From assembly GCA_030704615.1 (NCBI GenBank), contig CM060732.1, forward strand, positions 32,240,001 through 32,304,000: a stretch of 64,000 nt of DNA. Reading direction: 5' to 3'. Origin of the DNA: Takakia lepidozioides (taxonomy: Eukaryota; Plantae; Bryophyta). The notes beneath the pieces were generated by a model that was given only the letters and a program-made list of their open reading frames with translations, ran no database searches and had not been told where the DNA came from. Each line of letters starts with the position of its first letter. Positions within the stretch are counted from its first letter, which is position 1. Shown one piece after another: positions 1 through 12,895 of the stretch. The translations under genes and the position numbers were made by a program.

Positions 1-410
1 TGATTCACCTCCTCCTTCACCTGTATGATCTGCCTCTCGCTGTTTACCTCTCCTGTGCAAGACATTCTGTAGGAGCGTCGAATTTGAGCTACCTGCAGTT
101 GAGCAGTGAGTTTCGCAATATTCAAGTGGTCAATTTTCAACGCAAACTACAGAGATGGAGCAGTGACACTTAGGACCCCGGACATTTACATTCATGTCCG
201 CAAAAACAACCCAACGGTCCATGAGCAACGACGATACCTGATTCACCTCCTCCTTCACCTGTATGATCTGTTTACCAGTGCTTGGCAAGACATGCTGTAG
301 GAGCGTCGAATCTGAGCTACCTGCAGTTGAGCATTGAGTGTCAAACACACTTTCAAAGGGTCAATTTTCAACGCAATCTACAGAGATGGAGCAGTGACAC
401 TTAGGGTACC
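1..410. repeat. Tandem duplication of a ~230-240 bp unit (about 1.7 copies visible, continues off the window start)
   Basis: TGATTCACCTCCTCCTTCACCTGTATGATCTG occurs at 1 and 239; TCAATTTTCAACGCAA.CTACAGAGATGGAGCAGTGACACTTAGG occurs at 130 and 361. Copy 1 carries a 10-nt insertion relative to copy 2. Confidence 0.85.
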
Positions 411-2322
411 TAAATTCAGACTGGCTCATTTGCATTTCGCCATTACACGTACCAAAACAGACTCTCCCTACTGTATCTTCGAGTTCCAATGTCCCCACAC
501 CTAGACGAAGGAATTCCAGAGCGACGGTAATGAGTGTTCCATCTATTGACAAATTTTCCAGTTCACAACAGACCTTTGAGACGCTGCTTCTGCTGCATTT
601 GTGCGTGCAGTGGCCATTTCTTCATAAGTCCCTAAATGTACCATACCCAACTGGCATCCTCAGCTCCAAACCCGATTACATTTTATGAAGCTTCACAGTT
701 GCACTCCTGCATAATTCAATTCCACACCTGACTGCCTAGCGAGAAACGAATACCATGGAAGCACCCAAAGCAGGCAGCCGCAGCAATGCCGTTCACACTG
801 AACCCCCCAAAAAACCCAATTGAGGAAAATGCTGAGTGACCAGTCCGAGAAGGCGGCGGCAGCTCACTACTGAGGCCAGATTCTTTCACCGAGTCTGCGC
901 ACAATTGAAGAGCGATTGAAGAGAAGCAGTCTCGCAGGCTCGCAGGCCTGCACGCAAGCTTGCCCTTGTATGGCCCTTGGTTTCACAGTGACCCGGGGCC
1001 CCCAATGTCGACCCGAATCGGCCCGCGCTCTATAGCGCGGGAAACTGGACCCGGTGGAAGGCCGGGTCGTGGCTTGAGGGCTGATAGCGGGAGGAGGCGT
1101 TAGAGAAAGGGGCTATGGCTTTACAGTGCTCGCTCGTGTCTCTCGCGTGTCTCGTGCCTTCCCTCTGCGTCTGATTGCCAAGCAACTCCACCGGATCCAG
1201 TTCTGGCGACAGTGAGCTTTCTGCTATCCCCTTTACGCTTTGCGAAGTGGGTTGACTGTGCTTTTCTGTTTTTCCTTGATGTTGCTGGCACGAAGGTTTG
1301 CCTTTTCGGTGAAATTTCTTTGTTCTTTTCTCCTTGATCGGTTTCCACATGCCTTCGTTTTCTTTGGATCTTGTTTCCAAATGTATCTCTTTCATGGCCC
1401 CCCCTTGCTCCTAAGAGAGTTGGGTTCTTTGTGCCCGGCCCTAGTGAAATTAATATTGTCTCAACTCAGCCAGTCGTTCTCGCGTTCGCCTGATTATGAA
1501 CTTCGTAACAGGTGTTTGCTCTCTGTCGCTTTCTTGTGGCTGTCGTCAGGTTGTTTTTCTCACAGCACGTCTCTGTAGGTCATACTGCTCTTGCTGCAAA
1601 GAAGCTTGAATAGCGTCGTTTCTTTGCCTCTGAAGCTACCTTCCTTTCTCTTGGGTGTTCTCCTTTGCTGATGGCTCTGTTCCGCTCAGTCATGAGTCAA
1701 CTTTTTAGACTCTCCATATATCTTTTACGTGTTTATCTTCTTTCTTCAATAGTGGATGTCCCTTGGTTTAAGCTTTGCTGATGTCCTCATATATCGCACT
1801 ACCTTTGGATATTGGTTCGCCATCCATCATGCCATTGGGGTTGTGCCTCTGCTTCTCGTCAGCTGTTAGAATCTAAGGCGCATTGTGTAGGTGTTGATTC
1901 TTGTTGTTACTGGAGTTACGCATCTGTTGACCTCTGTTTAGGGGTTTATGCACAGCGGGAGGAGCAAACGTGCCTGCTAGAACAGTAATGTAGTAGCAGA
2001 CCATAATCAATCAAACGGCGGGACCATGGTACTGATGATGCATCCGTTAGTCAGTCCCTGGGTTCAAACATCAGACTGATGGATGAGGCTCATCATCTGA
2101 AATCAATCTCAAGCATAGGGTAAAATTTGTCTGGTGGCGACTTTCTTCTCCTATTCTTTTGCCTTATCTTAACATGCATGACCTTTGAAGTTGCGCCTGA
2201 CTAGTTTGTAAGAAGGATGCTTTGACTGACCATTTGAAGACCAATTTTGATCAATTCAACTCCTCTTCCGCTCTACTTGAAAGTAGAGCAGAAGCTCAAA
2301 GATTGAATATGCAATTTGCGTA

Positions 2323-5300
2323 ATGTTGCAGTCACAGCAGCAACAGGTCCAGCAGCATATGCTACATCAGCTAGTGTTGAAACAGGAGCAGATCCTGATG
2401 CAGCAGCAGGCCATGCTTCAGCAGCAGCAGCAGCAGCAGGCCATGTATCATCCAGGCCTGCTCACTGCAATGTCCCAGGTAACTTACTTTCTGTCCCATT
2501 CTCTCATGAACTCAGTCTTATCAACAAACTTCTTAAGATTCTCTCTTAGGTTATGCTCTTATGGTTTTGAAGTGTAGCATTTGCCAGCTTTTTTGAAAGG
2601 ATGGATGGGTTTCGTGGGGAAGCGCCATGGATGTTTCTCAAGTACCGATTGAGATCAGGCTAGACACACAACATCGTTTGACAAATGTCAAACCTTGCAT
2701 TACGACTTCCGAATGCATATCATGTAAGGGCACAATGCAGAGGGTTTGGCCCAAAGGTTTGTGTCGTCAGGGATTGAGTGGATAACAGGTTTCATTTTCA
2801 GATGTTCCCAAGTATTCTGTCATTGTTGTGGATGGTTATTGAATTCAAAACCTTCATCATTAATCATACCTCAAAACTGCTCGTTCCATCAGTCATGTTA
2901 TTCATCTCAGTGACGTTCTCAATATTCCTATGTTCACTGCTGAGTGTTTGCATATTGTAGCAATTATTTCAATGCTGTTTAGCTAGTGTCCGGTTCAGCA
3001 TTTTGCATCCCCTCTTGGAGCTTTAGGTTGACATTTTGACAGAGATGTGAGGGTTGGGAATATGCAGTGGCTAAGATGCTGCATGAGAGGTTCTCTGGTG
3101 TTGCGATGGACTATGAATCCCTTCTGTGCGTTGGAAACTTAGTGTAGCATTAGGGTCTAGGTTGGAATCAGCTGGCGTTGAGCTCCTGTGGTGGTGTGAG
3201 CTTGAGAGTGGAAGGACGGGGCAATGTCTATGTTCTCTTTCACACATCTTCTTCATTGTTTATTTTTTTCGTTCCTCTTTCTTTATTTTTTACTTTTTGC
3301 AGATTGAACCAATTCCGAGTGGAAATCTGCCTCCCGGATTTGATGCAACTTCATGTCGCAGTGTGTGAGTGCGCTGCTGCTTTTGTCTCTCTTCTTTTTT
3401 TAATCCCCCATTGTTGTACCTCATCCCCACACCAGGTATTCTGTCAATCTTTTTCTTTTTGGTGGAATGCTTACTGTAGCCCTCATTCAATTTTAATTGG
3501 TATGGGGATTTTTTAAATTTTTTGATTCAAATAAGTCGGGTCAAAACAGATTTCTTTTATGTTTGGTAAACAACTCAAAAATATTTCTCTGTTTGTGTTT
3601 GTGCTTGAAAAAATAATTCAAGAATTTCTTGGTGAGGTTAAAAAGTTGTGCAACACCTTCCTGTTCTTTTGTAGTGTTGATTTTGTGCTTAAGCACATTT
3701 CAATCTGGATAACTGGTGATCTGTCCTGTTTCTGTAACGGTAGATGCAAGTTCATCACATTTAATGACAAAAACTAGCTGTTGAGGTGAAACCTATTAGA
3801 AATGTGTGGTAATGCAGGTATGTCGGCAACATCCACACCAAAGTTACTGAAGGCCTGCTAGCCGAAGTTTTTGCCAGTGCGGGTCCATTGGAGGGTTGCA
3901 AACTTATAAGGAAAGAAAAGGTAATTGTGCTGGGTTTTTATGACGGTATGCCTTTCTCTTTCTCTCTGTTCATATGCTCCAGCTATATGACTAGCTATAC
4001 AGACCTTCATGTAAACAAAATATTTCATGGGGATGGAATACAGATATTACGGGGATATTTGTATAAAATTTGCAGTAAACAGTATGACTTATGGGGTCCC
4101 TCCTTTGTGATATCGAAAACTTGTCTCCCTTTCCATGCTTGGATTCGGACAGCTACCTTCACTCTATACTCTATGGTGTCCGTATATTCAGTTGGTGTTT
4201 TAACAGTCGGTGTTTTCCTCGGCTATGATGGCAGTCATCCTATGGATTTGTTGACTTCTTTGACCACCGATCTGCTGCCACAGCTCTCCTTACCCTCAAT
4301 GGCAGGCAAATGTGAGTCTTTTTATTTATTTATAACCGGACTGCTTGATTATCCGAGTTTAGGACCTCAGAAGTTATTCTCTGCCAGTTTCTTTGCTGTC
4401 TGTTCCTTGATGAAGGTGGTGCTGGAGATAACATCTCAACTACTGATTCAGGATCTGATAGTCTTGATAACTTGATCTCTCTGCGAGGGATGGGCAGCTT
4501 TGCAAGAGGCACTAGTATCTCCTTTCCCTACACCATGATCGACAGGGCGTGAGAGAAAGTAACGTCGTTCTGTCCCGTCATGGAGAGAATTAAGGAGTTC
4601 CGGTGCATTCATTTTTCTGGTCAATACTCTATTAAATGGCAAGTGTGAATGGATCCTGACTATGATGAGGTCCTGGTATTGCAGGTTCGGTCAGCCTATC
4701 AAGGTTAACTGGGCTTATGCTAGTGGACAAAGGGAGGACACAACAGGTTTGTTTTAATTTTCTTCCAGAGCTTTTTTTTGTCATTTTTCAAAAGTAGAGC
4801 AAGCGGCCACCTGTGTTTGCTACCCCACGCCCCAGGTGGCGAAATAAACACTGGCACCTCTAGAAAGGTCGCATGGTAGGTGGCACGTCTTAACAGGTCC
4901 ACAATGACAGTCGTACAGATTTTCTGGCTACAACCTCTCGTTCATCCTCCTGTCTTGGCGAAAAACTGAAAAAGGAACAGCCCTTCATTTTCCTTTAGCA
5001 TGGTAGGAGCCCAAGAAAAAGGGAGCCTTTTGCCAAAAATTTGTCAAAAAACAAACGCTGCCAACACTTATTTGTTCTGTTTTCCGAGACTATAAGATGT
5101 TTCTTTGGTACTTCTATCAATTTGGCCAGGATTGAGACATGTCACCCTTAGTTCACCCATCTTGTGCTCAAAATATGTTGGTCTGTCAATGTGTTCAAGT
5201 CTGAACCATATTTTACATACATTCGTTTATAGTGTGGTCCAGGTTTGTTGTTGATAAGCTCATATCACTGCAAGCAGGCTAGGAACTTTTCTGCAATGTG

Positions 5301-8300
5301 TTATAACACACTCGTTTGCTGGCTGTGACAGGGCACTACAATATATTTGTGGGTGATCTTAGTCCGGAGGTTACTGATGCCACTTTATTTGCTGCTTTCT
5401 GCGTCTACCCCAGTTGCTCGTAAGTATTTACTGCCATTTTATGTCTAGGTGGACTTAAAAGAGTCTAAAGTGAAATTGGATACTGAGGTGTTTTGTTTGG
5501 TGAAGATGCAAATTGTTGTTACTTGCTATTTGCAGCTTGTACTTATGAGCACATACCTCTTTGCATTTGCTCTTGTTATCAGCTGCTTACTTATATTGAG
5601 GTTCCGGATAAGTGGGCCCGTCAAAACTCAGCATACACATTATCCACCTGCTTGTTTAGTATTTATAGCGCTAGCAAATATCTCAAGTTTTATTTGTACT
5701 TGCAAGTACATTTGAAGATGGCCCTGGCTATACTGCATTTGCAAGACCTGCTAATCGGCAGACTGCTTTGCCAGTAGGATTCCTGTGAATTGAACTACTC
5801 ACAATTACAGTTGCAACATGGGTAGACAGTGATGGTTATGCAGCATGCTTCCTTTGCAGCCACTTACAGATTGTGAAGCACTCTTGCCCTTAAATGGTAG
5901 GGACTTTTGACATCACACAGCTAGACTGGATAGGTGCTTAATTACGGCTGGTACAGATGTCAATCATAGTCCATTGTTTGGTGAAACATAGATTCTATAG
6001 CTGTGTAGATGGATCTAGTGCCTCAGCTGTTCTGAACTGCTGTTGGTGAACAGAGATGCTCGAGTGATGTGGGACCAACGCTCAGGTCGCTCTAGGGGGT
6101 TTGGTTTCGTTTCCTTCAGAAATCAGCAGGTAAGTTCAGTTTTATTTCTTCTCTCCCTGCTTAGGGAATCCAGAATATTTGAGTGATATTTGAGTGGTTG
6201 CTGTGTACGCTCTGGGCCTCCTGTGGACATAATAACTCACTATTTCTTCGTAAGGATTGTCAGTCCAGACATGGACTTGGACACCAGATTGGGAACTCTG
6301 TGGATGTTGTGTGGTAAGTCTCCAGAAGTTGCAACCATCTAGCAACTGCAATCTTTGAAGCATGTCACCATCGCTTGAACATATAGTAAGAACAAACAGG
6401 GAAGAGGCTTCATCTTGGTACCAGTCCCCTTCTCTTTGTGGTCACAACACTGGACTGTGACCAAATTCATAGATTACTGTGTAGCAAAGAGGCCTGGAGT
6501 TACATTCCAGCGTCATGTTTCTAGCGTGATATCAATGCAAGCCTGTAAATCTACTTAATTACATGTGTCAGAGGCTTTGTGTGACTGCTATGACCACGTC
6601 AGGCCAAGTTTCCATACCCTGGTCGTAGGACCCCATCTCTAGGAGGTTAATATCCTGTGGGAATCTGCCTCTTTCCATGTTCATTCTTACTTGCTGTGCC
6701 CTCTACTCTGTTGTATTTCATCTCACACTGTGGTGCATGCAGGAAGCAGAGAGTGCCATAAGTGAGATGACTGGTAAGTATTGTGAATATGAGATCTGTC
6801 CAGAATTTGAAAATGCTGGTAACTGTACATAACATGTTGGTATGGTTGGGTATGAACTTGAACTCTGGTAGCACCGGACTTGTACAGAGGTTTCAAGAGC
6901 TCACTCTCTCCACTTCTTCTACTCTGTTCTTTGGTATCTTCGATATGCCATTGACATGAGGAATTTAGCAGTTGATTCTATGTAGACTCAAATCAAGGCA
7001 TGTTCCTGCGCATCTTGATGTTGCTAGTCTCCCAAATGCCTCTTGCATAGCTCAAGCAGTCCAGACTGTGCCCTATGGTGTTCAAATTTGGACGCTGTTT
7101 TTCCTGAGAGTAGCTCATTTTGTGTGGGCAGGAAAGTGGCTGGGGACCCGGCCGATCCGCTGCAACTGGGCCACAAAGTCAAGTATGGGTCCTCAGTTGG
7201 ATGAGGCACATAGTGCTGGTAATGGAACTGTTATGACTAGCGGCATTGAGCAGATGATCACAATGCAGGCTCCACTTATTCAAGGTGCCTTCATGTTCTT
7301 CCATCTGTTTTCTGCACAGAATCACATGGATGCCTAATGGCCTTCGCCAATCTAGTGACAAACTCATGGTTTTGTTAATTATTCCGGTCTTATTCTGTAT
7401 GGCAAAATCCATTAAGACATCCCTGGGACCTCATCTCTTCTTCCTTGATACCTGTGGGACATGCCTTTGTGCTGTCTGTCTGGCTTGTTGGTCTGAGAAG
7501 ATCATGCATGCATGGAGGTCAAAAGCATGTATAGTGACTTCCTAGTTTTGCGATACTAAGCATTTTAGTCGATTTGTTCCCCTGCAGAAGTACGCCAACA
7601 AGAACACCAAGAGGGGGTCGCAGGAGGACCTGAGAGCAACCCACAGTACACCACTGTGTATGTGGGCAACTTGGCTCATGAGGTGCGGAGGGGGGTGTCC
7701 AATTCATTGGTTTAAACAATGTTGGTCAGACTTTTTGAATCATCTGAGAGGGTGACCCTATGGCAATGGTTCTTATCTCTTTCAAGGAGGTTGAAATGGA
7801 CCTGCAACAGATGTATGGCCTCAGGATTAGAAATGTCACATAAACCCCCATTCCCATAATAGCACAATGTCTGACTCTGACCAGTCGAGGAGCATGCAAA
7901 ACTGTCTTGAAAGTCACTCTATTCCCTGCTCTGTGGGCTTGGGCATCCTAAAGCTCATTCTCAAGGTATTGTCACGGTGCATGAGGGCAGCATAGGCCTT
8001 GATGATTGCCGCCACGTCATGACATCTTCTGTCACTAGGGTAAGCTGTACCTCTTAGTCTAAGGAACAAAATCCTCCCCATAGCTTTCTATTTGAGGCAA
8101 GAGTGAGTAACATAGAGAGAATTCATTTTAGGGTTCTGATACCTTCTGCCTGCAGGTGACGCAAGCAGAACTGCACCAGCAGTTTCACTCTTTGGGAGCT
8201 GGCATAATTGAGGATGTACGAGTCCAGAGAGATAAAGGGTTTGGCTTTGTGAGGTATCGTTCTCATGAAGAAGCTGCCTATGCAATCCAAGCTGCCAATG

Positions 8301-8893
8301 GAAGGGTCATCTGTGGCAAGTCCGTCAAAGTAAGCTGGCCATGTGGACTGATTTCTTGTTGTCTTTTTTTTTGTCTGTGTGCGCACTCATTTTGCAGGGC
8401 GGGGAGCAACAGTGGTTATACTAGTATTTCCTGTGACCTTCCTGTTAGTATGTGCTAAGGGATTGTGTCCAAAGGGGAGACAGATCTAGTCATATTTCAA
8501 TTACTGAGCAAGCAGATGTTTGACCTTGGGGTATTGATTCTGATATTTCGGTTGTTACTGTGGCAGTGCTCGTGGGGCAGCAAACCGACTCCTCCTGGCT
8601 CTTCATCTTTGCCCCTTCCCCTTCCGTCCCCGATGGGGCCATTTCAGGGGATAATGACATCAGGCATAAACCACCAGGGGTATACTGCTGCCGACCTACT
8701 AGCATATCAGCGCCAACTGATGGCCCAGCCAGGGAATGGGCGCGCGCTGTTACCTCTGCCACCTCAGCAGGGTATGGGAGTTGGTCTTATTCCACCACCA
8801 ATGGGTGCAGGTGGGAACCGCGGAGTGTATGATGGCTATCTGCCAGGTGGAGGGTTGCCGGCAGGGGCAATGGGCCAGCGAATGTATTACTGA
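2323..8893 (+). CDS. UBP1: Oligouridylate-binding protein 1 (TIA-1-like, three RRMs). Exons: 2323-2478, 3303-3364, 3818-3920, 4235-4311, 4685-4746, 5332-5419, 6054-6129, 6743-6773, 7132-7284, 7588-7682, 8156-8329, 8567-8893
   Basis: Gln-rich N-terminus, then [116 protein letters not shown]. All introns are GT-AG with consistent phases. Confidence 0.95.
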
Positions 8894-9544
8894 TTAGCAT
8901 AGTATACTGCAGAACTGCTCATTAGAGTAGGGTTGAGCAATGCAAGCATCTTATTGTTGTGTAAGGCATACTGTTCAGTCTGGTTCACACAGTGTTGTTG
9001 CCCAGGTTTGGCATCAAAGTCACGTGCATTTGAAGAGATGATATGTACAGAGGTCATGTAAGTGTGGAGGTCACACTTAGCTAATCCATGGATGCTGTGC
9101 AATCACTCTACATAGGAGCAGGGCAACAGTCAAGTACATTTGAATGACAGTTAAAACAGAGGGATCGTACATGGGGTGAATCTCTCATGATTCTGGCGTG
9201 AAATGTCTGGAACTGCACACTACCGCACTGATGAGTAATTAGGGTTCATTTATCTTGGAGTATAGAGATGCCCAAGTGGCTGGCCACGTTACAAGTGATC
9301 TTGCACCCAAAGATGTTATTCATTACAGCCAACGCCCAACTATCTAATTTGTGCCTACTTTGGCCCTTGGAGATGTTGAGTAAGGATTTCAGAAGGTGGG
9401 TTGAAAATGAAACACCTAGGAGCGACTGCTCAACGAGCCCAATCAGGCCCCTTAATTAAAGTGAGAGGAGACAATTACCTCTTTCAAAGTAACCTTGCCA
9501 TGAGGGGCCGAGCACAAGGCTCAAGGGACACCGTCCAAGGGAAT

Positions 9545-9635
9545 ATGGAGAAGATTATACCACACCCCACAAGGTAGCTGGATTCGAACTGCGAATCACC
9601 TGGGTGGCATTCAGTGCACTATCCATATAGCCAAA
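9545..9635 (-). mobile_element. tRNA-derived SINE-like head (family A, tRNA-Gly-like)
   Basis: Minus strand reads TGGCTATATGG (A box, 9623-9633) ... GCCACCCAGGTGATTCGCA GTTCGAATCC (B box, 9580-9589) ... CCTTGTGGGGTGTGGTAT. Aligns by eye with 42156-42245 on the + strand. Confidence 0.6.
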
Positions 9636-11357
9636 GTTAATTTAGTAGCTGACATGGCAGCTACATCACCTATTTAAACACAAGAGTAACGATCCTACAT
9701 GGCAGTAACTTTCCATGTCAACTTGTTAAGCTGGAGGTTATATGTTATATATAAACTTTGCTAAGTACTCTTTTGTATCTCTCAACTGAATGCCAACTGA
9801 ACTGAACAGCCCTGTTCAGTTAAGTTAACATTTAGGGTTGTGTGTAGTTACTTTACTCATCTAGTTATCCATCTGTCCCTCGTATCATGTCATGGTTTAT
9901 TATTTACTACCTATGCGGTACACCTTGTGGCTAGATATAACTTATCATTCCTCGTATCCGCACTAAGTTAAGTGTGAGAATCCTTGAAACAAACAATAAG
10001 GGCAAGTATGGGTGCATTATCGCGCTTGGATTACAAGTTACCAACTCTGCAACATCCCGTACCGCAAATTTGTGTGCCTATCTTTCTGAAAAGGGGACTC
10101 GGGGAGACTTGAGGATCACATCAGGCAAGGAAACGAAAACTAAACAATGAAGCGTAGCTCCGGTAGGGAGGCAATAGGTGTGAGCTGCCCATGGCGACGC
10201 TTGCGATGATTGAACAAAAGACAGGACCCATATCGACCATATCACCACTCTCTCTGTCTCTCTCTCTCTTGTTCTTATCCTCAAGCGATGGGCACCATTT
10301 TTTGGGAGCAACTGAGTGGAGAATACGGACACAATATCTCCGCACACGCTGACACATACATCTCCCTATTATTCTTTACTCGTGTACAAGTCGATCTCCC
10401 GGACACACGCAATGGGCCCACACTGAGCGAGCGGGCGATGGGGTCAGAGAGGCCCAACAGTGCCCAACATGCTCGTGCCGGCCCCCAAGAAATGCAGTTC
10501 CATGGCCAGGTAAGTACATACGGGCTTTAGTTAGACCAACACAGTGCGATTGATACGCTGTTGACCGCACTTTGAAAACCTGAGTTGGGGGTTTGGTTTC
10601 TCTTCTCTTCTCTTTTGTTTTGATTTGTTCTCTTGTGGTGTGATTGACTGGTTTGCGATGGAAGGCAGGGCATGGAGTGGTCCAATTTTGGGCCACACAA
10701 AGATACCCTGCAAGACGGCATCCCATGTCTGCTCTCGCATCACATTCTTCTCACGATTCTTCTGCTGCTGTTGGTTGGAAAAGCCGCGGAGTGCAGCGCT
10801 GGCCAGCAGACGAGAAGACAGAAGACAGAATCCCCGCTTTAAAGCACAGTACTGAGGCGGCCCATAAGTGCGACAGTTATATCCAAGACTTACTAACTTA
10901 TTTTATCGCGATTCGCTTGTTTTCAATCGCCCCACACTTATTATATGCGCGCTGCCGACGGCTACCATTAAATCTCACCAAGGTTTAGCCCCCCTAACTG
11001 CCTACTCCTGGGCAGCTGGGTTTTGCTTAAACCCTTTTTTACGGGCAATCAGGTCAGGAAAATAAAATTAACGAAACCAAACCAGGATAGGGAACTTTTT
11101 CTTTTGCCGTGATATTGAGAATAACTTAAGGGGAGAAAAAAAAGAGGACCTGGTTCCGTCTTCTCCCTCGTACTCCACTCCTCCGATGGCGGAAATCCTG
11201 AAGGGAATTTTGACGTTACTCGCGCTTGACGAACATCCTGAAGAAGCACCGGCCGGACACGTGTTGACTCCAAACAACAATCGGATCATAATGCTCAAAT
11301 TGCGACAATTTGCGCGATCATGGTGGTTGTTAAGGTCGGGGTTACGGGCACACTTGG

Positions 11358-11567
11358 GCGCACAAAGTATGTAACGTTATACAAAGACGTAAACATGCAA
11401 GTGTTGCGGTTTTAGAGAAAATCAGACGTGCTTTGTGCGCACAAAGTACGTAACATTATACAAAGACATGTAAACATGCAAGTGTTACGGTTTTAGAGAA
11501 AATCAGGTGCGCTTTGTGTGCGCAAAGTATGTAACAACGGGAGTTGTTGCGGTTCGGGAGAAAATCG
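11358..11567. repeat. ~80-bp tandem repeat (about 2.5 copies) upstream of the F-box gene
   Basis: Unit GCACAAAGTAYGTAACRTTATACAAAGAC..GTAAACATGCAAGTGTTRCGGTTTTAGAGAAAATCAG is repeated. Confidence 0.85.
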
Positions 11568-11809
11568 TTTGCTTTACGGCAACAAGAGAGAATTGTTGGT
11601 TTGGTTGATTGATTTGATTCATTCATTTGTTGTGTGTTTATGAGTCCCCACATTCTGCCCACCTGCAGCCCGGGGTTTTAGGGCAGTAAACCTCGGGCAG
11701 CGCGATTTCCCGCGCTGCCTAATTTGGAGAGAGAGGCTCTTCATGTATATGCTCGCGCTGCCATCGTCGTCTCCGTCTCTGTGAGGAGGAGCAAGAGGAA
11801 GAGGGAGGG

Positions 11810-12895
11810 ATGGAGGTAGCAGGGGTTATGGATCCCTCGTTGTGGGGCAATCTGCCGGATGAGATTGTGGAGAAGGTGCTTGCTCGATTGCCGTTCCGGG
11901 AGATTCCTCGGTTGCGTTCGGTTTGCAAAAGATGGAATTCTATGGTGATGTCGAAGTGCTTCACGGATCAGATAGTGGCAGCACCGGGGTTGCATGAGAA
12001 GCCCTTCTTGTTGCGGATTGTGACGGGATTCAGAGCGCTGATGGTGTACAATCCGAAATTGAGGCAGTGGCGGCGTCTGCCTCTCACTTTTCTCTCTCGC
12101 GGGTTCAAAATCCGGTCCTTGGTTGCGTCTGCAGGGGGGCTGCTATGCGTGTATGGGAAGCACATGCGGAGCAACGATGGGTTGATTGTGTGCAATCCAA
12201 TTACGCAGAAGTGGAGGATGCTGCCTCCCATGCCGAGGAATGCTTTTGCGGCTGGGTGCCGGTTTATGGACATGGTGATGGTGTTTGACGAGGGATCCAA
12301 GAGCTACAAGCTTTTCTTGGTGGGGATGAAGAGGGGGGATGCAGGGGGGTTGGGACCGTCTCTAATCGCGCAGCTTTATGACTCGGCAACCAACTGCTGG
12401 GCTTTCTGTGGGGGTGAGCCGAACGACCTTTGTGGGCTCCACGATGGTGTGCACGTAAACGGGATCATCTACTTTAAGGCAATGAAAGAACGAACGATGC
12501 AATCTGTATGCGTGTGCTTTGATCTGGAGCGCAGGACCTTTGCTGAGCTCGAGGCGCCCTTGAAAGGGTCGACACACTTGGTGGATCGCCATGGCCGTCT
12601 CTCAGTCGTAATCCTAATTGATTCCCTGTCGGATAGCTCTCTTGTGTTGGAGCTGGATCAGGCAGGGACGTCGTGGGTGGAAGTAGACAGGATGCGGGTA
12701 GAAAAAGGTATGAGGAGAGCGCACGGGTGCTTTGGGCAGGGAGACATTCTCTACTGCACCGACGCCGATGGAACGCCGCTTGCTTCGTATGACAATGTGC
12801 AGTCATCATGGGTGCGGATTGATAATGTGGATTCTTCCAAGTGTGTGCCTCAAGCAGGACTGCTTTACCAGCCCTCCCTGCACAATACGGTGTAG
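11810..12895 (+). CDS. F-box protein with a C-terminal kelch/FBA-like beta-propeller region; single exon, 361 aa
   Basis: F-box motif LWGNLPDEIVEKVLARLP...RLRSVCKRWNS, followed by LVASAGGLLC, IVCNPITQKWRMLPPMP, LYDSATNCW. Uninterrupted ORF. Confidence 0.92.
   Translation: MEVAGVMDPSLWGNLPDEIVEKVLARLPFREIPRLRSVCKRWNSMVMSKCFTDQIVAAPGLHEKPFLLRIVTGFRALMVYNPKLRQWRRLPLTFLSRGFKIRSLVASAGGLLCVYGKHMRSNDGLIVCNPITQKWRMLPPMPRNAFAAGCRFMDMVMVFDEGSKSYKLFLVGMKRGDAGGLGPSLIAQLYDSATNCWAFCGGEPNDLCGLHDGVHVNGIIYFKAMKERTMQSVCVCFDLERRTFAELEAPLKGSTHLVDRHGRLSVVILIDSLSDSSLVLELDQAGTSWVEVDRMRVEKGMRRAHGCFGQGDILYCTDADGTPLASYDNVQSSWVRIDNVDSSKCVPQAGLLYQPSLHNTV

Noticed and set aside
4766-5060. hAT-like MITE in UBP1 intron 5
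   Set aside because: The ends are only loosely inverted and the flanks do not form an 8-bp TSD.
10981-11693. Possible MITE bounded by AGGTTTA...TAAACCT
   Set aside because: The inverted match is short and no TSD was found.
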